A stretch of DNA of 40,000 nt from Halobellus salinus (GTDB taxonomy: Archaea; Halobacteriota; Halobacteria; Halobacteriales; Haloferacaceae), in assembly GCF_014646875.1 (NCBI RefSeq), contig NZ_BMOC01000001.1, forward strand, positions 309,410-349,409. The letters run 5' to 3'. Under the pieces are notes generated by a model, which was not told where the DNA came from, ran no database searches, and saw only the letters and a list, made by a program, of their open reading frames with translations. The position numbers were made by a program, and so were the translations under genes. Positions 25,553 to 32,444 of this stretch are shown here, one piece after another (position 1 is the first letter of the stretch; each line of letters begins with the position of its first letter).

Positions 25553-28500
25553 CTGTGGGACAGGATACCCCCGGACGCGGCACCGCGACGATTGCCGTTC
25601 TGGCGTGTCTAGTCGTTGTTGTTTCGGGGCTCGCGGTCGCGCCGGGAGCGGTCGGCGCGCAGCAACAGCAACCCGACGGCGACGTCGCGTTCGACGGGGA
25701 CAACGGCGAACTGACAGTCGCAGTGGACCGACGGAACGCGGCCAACGGGAGCTTCACCGGCAGCCCGGAGGACGTGACGATCGATATCGGGGGTGCGACG
25801 GTGCAGAAGCGCACCGATCCCGGGAACGCCTCGACGTACAACTACATGGTCGGGCCGGACGAGTTGGCCGGTCTCGACAGCCTCGACGGGCAGGACGGCG
25901 CGGGAACGACCGTCACAGTCACCCACAGCGAGGCGGGGAGCTTCAACGAGACCGTCGACATCCAGCACGTCGTGCTCGGCGGCGACGGGACGTTCACCGG
26001 CGACGGGGCGTTTCGGTTTGGCATCGTACAGAGCTTCGGCATCGCGACCGACGGATCGGTGGCAGTTCGGGTCGAGGTCGGAAGCGAGGAGCAGGACGTC
26101 TCTGCCGCGTATCGACAGGACGGAGCGACCAACGAGTCGTATCTGGTGGTGGATCGTGCCACCCTGAGTGACCTCGGGGTGCTCGAACGGCCGCAGGAGG
26201 TCACGATCTTCGGACAGGAACAGTTCGTCGGTGGGTCCGTATCGGTCGATGTCGCCAGCAAGGGCGCGGCACTGACGACCGGCGAGCGCCTGTCCGACGA
26301 CACCGTCCGGTTCGAGAGCCCGCTGTTCGAGGCCGGCGGGACGTACGAGATCGACGTCGCCACGGGTGGAGCCCAGTACCTGCAGACGATCGAGGCCGGC
26401 GACCGCGCGGTCGAAGTCGACAGTGCGGCGGTGGCCGCGGAGTCGAGCGTGAGCCTCACCGTCGAGCGGAACGAGAACACGATTCTCAACGGACAGACGG
26501 TCGAATTCGAGACCCGGACGGTGAACGGGACCGTCGACGGCGCGACGATCACGTTCGACAGCCTGCCCGGAGGAATCAGCGGAGCCGACGGGAGCGGGGC
26601 CAACGTGAGCGCGGTGTGGGTCGAAACCCAAGGCGGCGTTGAGCGGTACGAGGCCGGGCTGAACGCCACCACGGGGACGCTGACACTGTCGAACGCGGAA
26701 TCGCTGCCGCGGGCGGACACGAACGAGGCCGACATCCTCGTGCAGTTCGAGGGCGCGACGCCGCTGCACGCCACCGTGTCGCTGCAGTCCGACAGCGATG
26801 GAGCGGCCGCCGAACAGCCCAGCAACGGGGACGAAACCGGGCTCGCGATCGACTTCACGACGATCCTGTTCGCCGTGGCTGTGGTGCTGCTGTTCGTTGT
26901 CGGTGTTGTCGTGGTCTTCTTACTCCTCGATCGGTTCGGGTCCGGCACCACGAACCTCAGCATCCCGTTCGGTTCCTCGAAGTCGACACCGGTCGGGGAG
27001 TCACCCGGGAGCGAGACCGCCGAGGTGTCCGTGGAGGTGGTCGACGAGACCATCGGCACGACCTACCCCCACGCGAACGAGGTGGTCGTGCGCCCGGAGA
27101 ACCGCAGCGGCTCGGCGCAAGCGGCCGGAGCGGTGGGCAGTAGCGGACGCTCCGGGCCGACTGGACACCCCGGATCTGCCGGCCGGACTGCAGCCGCCGG
27201 GCTCGACGGGGTCAACACCACCCGGGCCGACTCAATCGATCTGACGGCCGGCGAGGGCGAGATCGAACTCGAGTACGGGACCTGGATTTTCGAGATCAAA
27301 CGGCGGGGAGAGACCATCGGACAACGGAAACACGAAGTCGGGTACGGCTTCGAGAGCGATCACATCGGACTCTCAGTCGACCCACACGCCGTGGAAGCGG
27401 TGGTGACCGGCGGCCCCGACCGGGAGCCGTTGTCGGGGACGGTCGTTGAGGCGACAGCGGACGCCGGGAGGTGGACGCAACAGAAGCCCACCGATCCGGA
27501 GGGCAGAGTCCGGTTCGAGGTGCCGCGGTCGGCGTCGACCGTCTCGTTCACCGCCACACACGAACCCCTCCCGCCGGCGGAGTCGGAACGCCGGGTCGAG
27601 AAGGCGGCCGAGCAGGGCGTGAGCCTGCGGATCGCCGACGGGAGCGGGTCGATGCGGGTTGAGACGACGGTCGGCGACCGGGCGTGGCCCAACGTCGAAG
27701 TCGGGATCACGCCGATCAGCGCGGACGCCAAGGCGTACACCGAGGAGGGGACGGTCACAACGACGTCGAACGGGCACCAGACGATCGAGGGACTCCCAAC
27801 CGGGGAGTACGAAGTGACCGCCCACCCGCAGGTCGAGTCGGTCGAGACCACCGCAGCGGTCGAGCGCGTCACAGTCGAGGACGGCGGGACCGTCGGCGTA
27901 GAGCTTCCGGTTGGCATCTCGTATACGATGTCGACCGCACAGCGCGACAGGGTCGGAGAGCTGGAAGACCGGATCGAGGGGTTGGCGGCGGCGTCGAACC
28001 GCGACGTGGCGATCCCGCGGTACTACGGGACAGTGCTCACCTCGGTGCTCGAACTCGCAGCGGGCGTGGAGTCGGCACCGGAACGCGCCGTCGAGACGGG
28101 GATCTCTCCCGATGCGACGGTGGATGCGCTGCTCGATGCGACCGAAGCCGGAATCAGAGCGGTCGACGGGGCGATGTCGGAACGCCGGAACGTGAAGCTG
28201 TTCGACGCGTGTGAGGCGCTGCCCGCCGCGACGGTCGAGTGGACCGGGACAGCGACCTTGGAGGAGTTCCTCGGCGGGGTGGCCGACGGCGGAGATCACG
28301 AGCGGCGCGCGCTCCGCGACCGGCTCAGGGCGGTCGACGAGACCCTGGACGGGAAATGGGGCGAGGTCAACGAGATCGCTCCGGCCCGAAAACTCCACGA
28401 CCGGGTGGGAGACCTGGCGCGGGAGACCCGCGATATCGACGACGAACTCACACTTGTCGCACGGACGTACGTCGGAGTCTGTCTGTTGGACGCGGTCGAG

Positions 28501-28554
28501 GGGGTCTTCGACCACGACAGTCTGGTGGATCGGCTCAACAGCGGGAGCTACTGA
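25549..28554 (+). CDS. Large bitopic membrane protein (1001 aa): signal peptide, about 400-aa ectodomain, central TM, about 530-aa second domain
   Basis: GTGA overlap with paralog 2. Signal 'IAVLACLVVVVSGLAVAPGAVGAQ'. The ectodomain carries many N-x-S/T sequons. The TM is 'ILFAVAVVLLFVVGVVVVFLLL' (about aa 437-460). Downstream are three beta-sandwich-like units resembling carboxypeptidase-regulatory-like domains ('TDPEGRVRFEVP', 'GLPTGEYEVTAHP'), then a helical region. Confidence 0.8.
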   Translation: MTVGQDTPGRGTATIAVLACLVVVVSGLAVAPGAVGAQQQQPDGDVAFDGDNGELTVAVDRRNAANGSFTGSPEDVTIDIGGATVQKRTDPGNASTYNYMVGPDELAGLDSLDGQDGAGTTVTVTHSEAGSFNETVDIQHVVLGGDGTFTGDGAFRFGIVQSFGIATDGSVAVRVEVGSEEQDVSAAYRQDGATNESYLVVDRATLSDLGVLERPQEVTIFGQEQFVGGSVSVDVASKGAALTTGERLSDDTVRFESPLFEAGGTYEIDVATGGAQYLQTIEAGDRAVEVDSAAVAAESSVSLTVERNENTILNGQTVEFETRTVNGTVDGATITFDSLPGGISGADGSGANVSAVWVETQGGVERYEAGLNATTGTLTLSNAESLPRADTNEADILVQFEGATPLHATVSLQSDSDGAAAEQPSNGDETGLAIDFTTILFAVAVVLLFVVGVVVVFLLLDRFGSGTTNLSIPFGSSKSTPVGESPGSETAEVSVEVVDETIGTTYPHANEVVVRPENRSGSAQAAGAVGSSGRSGPTGHPGSAGRTAAAGLDGVNTTRADSIDLTAGEGEIELEYGTWIFEIKRRGETIGQRKHEVGYGFESDHIGLSVDPHAVEAVVTGGPDREPLSGTVVEATADAGRWTQQKPTDPEGRVRFEVPRSASTVSFTATHEPLPPAESERRVEKAAEQGVSLRIADGSGSMRVETTVGDRAWPNVEVGITPISADAKAYTEEGTVTTTSNGHQTIEGLPTGEYEVTAHPQVESVETTAAVERVTVEDGGTVGVELPVGISYTMSTAQRDRVGELEDRIEGLAAASNRDVAIPRYYGTVLTSVLELAAGVESAPERAVETGISPDATVDALLDATEAGIRAVDGAMSERRNVKLFDACEALPAATVEWTGTATLEEFLGGVADGGDHERRALRDRLRAVDETLDGKWGEVNEIAPARKLHDRVGDLARETRDIDDELTLVARTYVGVCLLDAVEGVFDHDSLVDRLNSGSY

Positions 28555-28560
28555 CAGAAC

Positions 28561-29655
28561 ATGAAGGGGACACTACTCAGGATGGTCGTCGTCGTCTGCG
28601 TGGTGACGTCCACCGCGGGCGTCGCGGCGGCGACGAGCGGGGCACAGGGGAGCACAGCGGACGCGCCCGACGGGACGCCACCGGCGGACCTCGATGCGGC
28701 GTCGGCGCACGCAGACGTCGATATCGACGTCGAGGAGCCACAGACCGGCGACGATTTCCTCGCGGCGTTCCGGCGGCTATCGGGACAGGAGTCGCTGTCG
28801 GCGTACAGCGAGTTGGAGGTGATCCGGACCCAGGCGGTCGTCGCGGTCCAGTCGGGGTCGTTCGATGACGCCGACCGCGAGCGGATGCGCGGAGTGTTGC
28901 GCACGCTGGTTCGGTTCGACGCGGCGTACGCCGCCGCACAGAACGACAGCCTGACGACGAGTTTCGAGTCGGCGACAGCGACCCGAGAAGCGGTCTCGGG
29001 GCTCGATTCGTCCGGGAGCACCGTCTACAGTTCGCTCGCGAGCGTCGCCTTGGATCGGTTCTTCCGGTCGCTGGGCGAGCGCTTCGAGCAGCGCTCCCGG
29101 GCGGACGGAATCAGCACGCCCGAGCAGATCGACGCGCTCCAGCGGGCCGGGGAGGCGTACCGCCTCGGCGGGTCCAGCGAGCGGTTCGCTGAAGTGTCGG
29201 TCGAGGCCGAACAGCTCGAGAGCGCGTGGGCGCGCGACAGCCAGGAGATCAACGAGTCGATGGCGGCCACACAGTCGTTCCTCGACCGGTGTGGGGCCAC
29301 CTGCGGGAGCCCGGTGAACGCGGTGTCGACCCACACGCTCGGCGTGTTCGGGCTGTACACCGACGCCCGGGCGGCGAGTTCAGCGAGCAGCGACGCGGTC
29401 CGGATCGCAGAGGCGAACAACCTGGGCGACCGCACCACGGAGCTGCAAACAGTCGCCAGCGACGCCTCCGACACGCTGCTGTCGCTGGCGATCGGGTCGG
29501 CGCTGCTTCTGTTCGCGTACGCGTTCGTGCTCGCGATCCCGACGATGATCGTCGCCAGCCGGATGTCGGCGTGGGCGCGCGACAGGCGGGCCGCGTCGGT
29601 GGGGTCAGTCCTCTCGGCGATGCCACGGGAGGTGTACACCGATGGCGGCGAGTGA
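28561..29655 (+). CDS. Secreted helical protein with C-terminal TM anchor (364 aa)
   Basis: Starts 6 nt after the upstream stop. Signal 'MVVVVCVVTSTAGVAAATSGAQG'. The body is helical and acidic. The C-terminal TM is 'LLSLAIGSALLLFAYAFVLAIPTMIVA'. Confidence 0.75.
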   Translation: MKGTLLRMVVVVCVVTSTAGVAAATSGAQGSTADAPDGTPPADLDAASAHADVDIDVEEPQTGDDFLAAFRRLSGQESLSAYSELEVIRTQAVVAVQSGSFDDADRERMRGVLRTLVRFDAAYAAAQNDSLTTSFESATATREAVSGLDSSGSTVYSSLASVALDRFFRSLGERFEQRSRADGISTPEQIDALQRAGEAYRLGGSSERFAEVSVEAEQLESAWARDSQEINESMAATQSFLDRCGATCGSPVNAVSTHTLGVFGLYTDARAASSASSDAVRIAEANNLGDRTTELQTVASDASDTLLSLAIGSALLLFAYAFVLAIPTMIVASRMSAWARDRRAASVGSVLSAMPREVYTDGGE

Positions 29656-32341
29656 GCGTACTGTGAGCCGTGTCGGGGTGGTCATCGTGGCCGCGGTGGT
29701 GGCGCTTTCGGCGTTTGCGGGGCCGGCAGCAGCGGCGACACAGACCGTCGAGCTCGACGAGGCGCTCAACGACCAGCAGCGCGCCACGGAGTTCACGTTC
29801 ACCTTCACCGCGAGCGGCAACGACACCGTGACCGCCGACAGCGGACCGAGCTTCCAGGGCGGCAACGTGAACTTCGAGTTCGAGGGGTGGGACGACCTCG
29901 ACAGCGGCGCGTCGGGGTCGTCACCCAGTTGGGACGTACAGAACGGAAACGAGTACGAAGTCACGTATCAGGCGCAGGTGTCGTCGGGTGCCAACGACGA
30001 GAGCTGGACCGCAACGGTCAGCGGCGGTTCCACAAGCGCCTCGGAGACGCTCAACCTCAACGTTGACTACCTCCAACCCCGGTTCGGCGCCACCGACAGC
30101 CCAACCGAGACGCTGATCTTCACCGATACCAACGACGCGTCTACGGAACTCGACATCGGGTTCGACAACGACGGGCCGGGCGTGATGGTGCTCGATTCGG
30201 TCAACCTCGATAGCACGCCCAGTGGGATCGACGTCTCGGTCGCCTCGCTGTCGAACCAGGTCGACGGCGGGGGGTCGGGGACGGCCGTGCTCGATGTCTC
30301 CGTGGACCCGTCGGTCAGCGCGGGTGACTACACCATCTCGGGGACCATCACCGACAGCCTCGGGAACACCGAGTCGTTCAACGCGGAGATAGAGGTCCGA
30401 AAACCACCCGTCATCTCCGCCGACGACGTCGACGTCGGCGGCGTCCTCATCGGCGAGTCCAACACCGTCGATGTCACGATCGAGGAGGTCGCCGGGTTCT
30501 CCGGCGTCGATGGCGTGAAGGTGAACGTCATCGGGACCAGCGACGATGGCGCCGTCACCGTCGAGGGCGCCGGGTTCGCGAGTACCGGTCCCGGGGGGAG
30601 CGACACGATCGAGGTCCAGGTCTCAGCGGACTCCGACGGGGTGCAGAACGCCGACCTCGACTGGCAGGTCGAGTTGACGCCGCAGGACCAGTACAGCCCG
30701 ACCGAGTCGATCGACGTCACCGGCGAGGTGTTCTACCCGCCGAACCTCGAGTCGCTGTCGGGTGAGGGCGCCGAGAACGTCTTCGACACGCCGCGGTCGC
30801 AGGCCGACACCCAGACCACCGAGACGCGGGTGACCTTCGAGAACACCGGCGACCTCGACATGGACGTAACAGGTGTGTCGGCGAGCGTCGACGACCCCGA
30901 CGTGTCCGCGTCGATCGCGAACGCCGACGCAGCCGTCGGCGGGCAGTCCACCGGAGAGGCGACGGTCGTGCTCGAAGCCGACCCCGAGGCCGCGGAAGGG
31001 AGCTACCCCTTCACCGTCACGGTCGACACCGCGACGGCGGGCACCCAGTCGGTCACGCGCGACCTCACAATCGAGCACATCCCTGAACTCGCCGTGGAGC
31101 GCTCGGAGTTGCCGCTGGGTGACATCACGGTCACCAACCAGCGGACGACGAGCATCGACGTCTCGGAGGTCCTGGAGTACGAGTCGGTCTCCGGTGTCGA
31201 GGTCGTTCGGGTCTCGGGTCCAGACCAGTACCTCGAGGTCGCCGAACGCCCCACCGAGCTCCGGGCTGGCGGGTCCGCGCCGCTGGTGTTCGCAGTCGCG
31301 TTCGACACCTCCGCGGAACTCTACCAGCAGTACCGCTGGGAGTTCGAGGTCCGCGGGGAGGGCGTCGAGACCCAGACCGTGACCGTGACCGCGCAGCCGA
31401 CCCCCTACTCGTTCGATTCGATCTCGAACAACCTCTCGTCGTACGCCGGTGGGTCGGGAGCGCGCGCGGCGACCGCAGCGGGAATGGCGGAGTCGCTTTC
31501 GGCGCTGGAAACCCGGTTGCGGGACGGCGAGGAGGTCCCGGAGGGCGACCTCACCGAGACGATCGCGGCGGGCGAAACCGCGATTCTGCTGCTCGACTCG
31601 CTCGAGGCGGCGGACGAGGCGCGGGGATCCGACGGGCCGGCCGCCGCACAACCGGATGTGCTTCGGGCGCAGGCAACGCTCAACGCGATGTCGGAGTACG
31701 TCACGCGGATCGACGCCTCGCAGGTCGACGCCTCCGCCACGGGGTCGCTCGAGTCCGCCCGAGCCGCGACCGACGAACAGGCCGACGCCCAAGTGGAGTA
31801 TTACGAGTCCCAACTCAACGGCGACATCACCACGTTGCAGCGCGCCAGCGCGAACCGCCAACTCGCGCGGTTGGCCGAGAGCCGCGGCAACGCCGAACGA
31901 GCCAGCCGGCTGAACGAGGAGGCGTCGGGCGCGTTCGACACCTACCTCCAGCAGGTGCAGAACGCCTCCGAGAGCGCGGAGAACGCGCGGGCGACGCGGG
32001 AATCGATCCGTGAAGACGCCACGCTTGTCCTGCTGAACCAGCCGCTGGTGTTGAACCCGGCGCGACTCGACGGTATCTCGGCGGAGATCAGCGCAATCGA
32101 CGCGGCGTACGCCACCGCCGAGGAGACGTACGCCGAGGCGGGCGCGACGGGGCAGGCCGACGCGATCGGCGGGGAACGCGCCACGGTGCAACAGCGCCTC
32201 CAGTTGACACGGTACGGGCTGTGGGGCGCAACCGCGCTGTACGGGCTCGTGGTCCTCGTCGCGCTGCTCAGGACGGGACGGAACCTGTACGCGTACCTCC
32301 AGGACAGACGCACCGTCGAAATGGGTGCGGTCCTGCAGTAG
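29642..32341 (+). CDS. Large surface protein (899 aa): signal peptide, repeated Ig-like beta-sandwich units, helical stalk, C-terminal TM
   Basis: 14-nt overlap with the upstream gene. Signal 'VGVVIVAAVVALSAFAGPAAAA'. It has repeated 'x-V-x-[FV]-x-N-x-G...' strands ('ETRVTFENTGDLDMDVTGV', 'LDIGFDNDGPGVMVLDSV') of the CARDB/Ig-like type. The region from about aa 600-860 is helical. The C-terminal TM is 'LWGATALYGLVVLVALL'. There is no PGF-CTERM motif. Confidence 0.8.
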   Translation: MAASERTVSRVGVVIVAAVVALSAFAGPAAAATQTVELDEALNDQQRATEFTFTFTASGNDTVTADSGPSFQGGNVNFEFEGWDDLDSGASGSSPSWDVQNGNEYEVTYQAQVSSGANDESWTATVSGGSTSASETLNLNVDYLQPRFGATDSPTETLIFTDTNDASTELDIGFDNDGPGVMVLDSVNLDSTPSGIDVSVASLSNQVDGGGSGTAVLDVSVDPSVSAGDYTISGTITDSLGNTESFNAEIEVRKPPVISADDVDVGGVLIGESNTVDVTIEEVAGFSGVDGVKVNVIGTSDDGAVTVEGAGFASTGPGGSDTIEVQVSADSDGVQNADLDWQVELTPQDQYSPTESIDVTGEVFYPPNLESLSGEGAENVFDTPRSQADTQTTETRVTFENTGDLDMDVTGVSASVDDPDVSASIANADAAVGGQSTGEATVVLEADPEAAEGSYPFTVTVDTATAGTQSVTRDLTIEHIPELAVERSELPLGDITVTNQRTTSIDVSEVLEYESVSGVEVVRVSGPDQYLEVAERPTELRAGGSAPLVFAVAFDTSAELYQQYRWEFEVRGEGVETQTVTVTAQPTPYSFDSISNNLSSYAGGSGARAATAAGMAESLSALETRLRDGEEVPEGDLTETIAAGETAILLLDSLEAADEARGSDGPAAAQPDVLRAQATLNAMSEYVTRIDASQVDASATGSLESARAATDEQADAQVEYYESQLNGDITTLQRASANRQLARLAESRGNAERASRLNEEASGAFDTYLQQVQNASESAENARATRESIREDATLVLLNQPLVLNPARLDGISAEISAIDAAYATAEETYAEAGATGQADAIGGERATVQQRLQLTRYGLWGATALYGLVVLVALLRTGRNLYAYLQDRRTVEMGAVLQ

Positions 32342-32370
32342 CAGCGCAGGGTGTGACGGAGCGTTTGATC

Positions 32371-32444
32371 GCGTCGGACACCTACTCGCTCGAACGCACG
32401 TCCAGCCGCGTCGGACACCTACTCGCTCGAACGCACGTCCAGCC
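32371..32444. repeat. Perfect 37-bp tandem duplication at the convergent gene junction
   Basis: 'gcgtcggacacctactcgctcgaacgcacgtccagcc' occurs twice back to back (32371-32407 and 32408-32444). The first 6 nt of a third unit follow. The second copy contains the stop and last 8 codons of the minus-strand 1108-aa gene. Confidence 0.9.

Noticed and set aside
25609-28515. Several 380-405-aa minus-strand ORFs antisense to the 1001-aa gene
   Set aside because: Their composition is shadow-like (Ser/Thr/Pro/Arg runs). The plus frame has a signal peptide, a TM and domain-like periodicity.
30623-32191. 522-aa minus-strand ORF antisense to the 899-aa gene
   Set aside because: It is an Arg/Gly/Leu/Asp-rich shadow frame.
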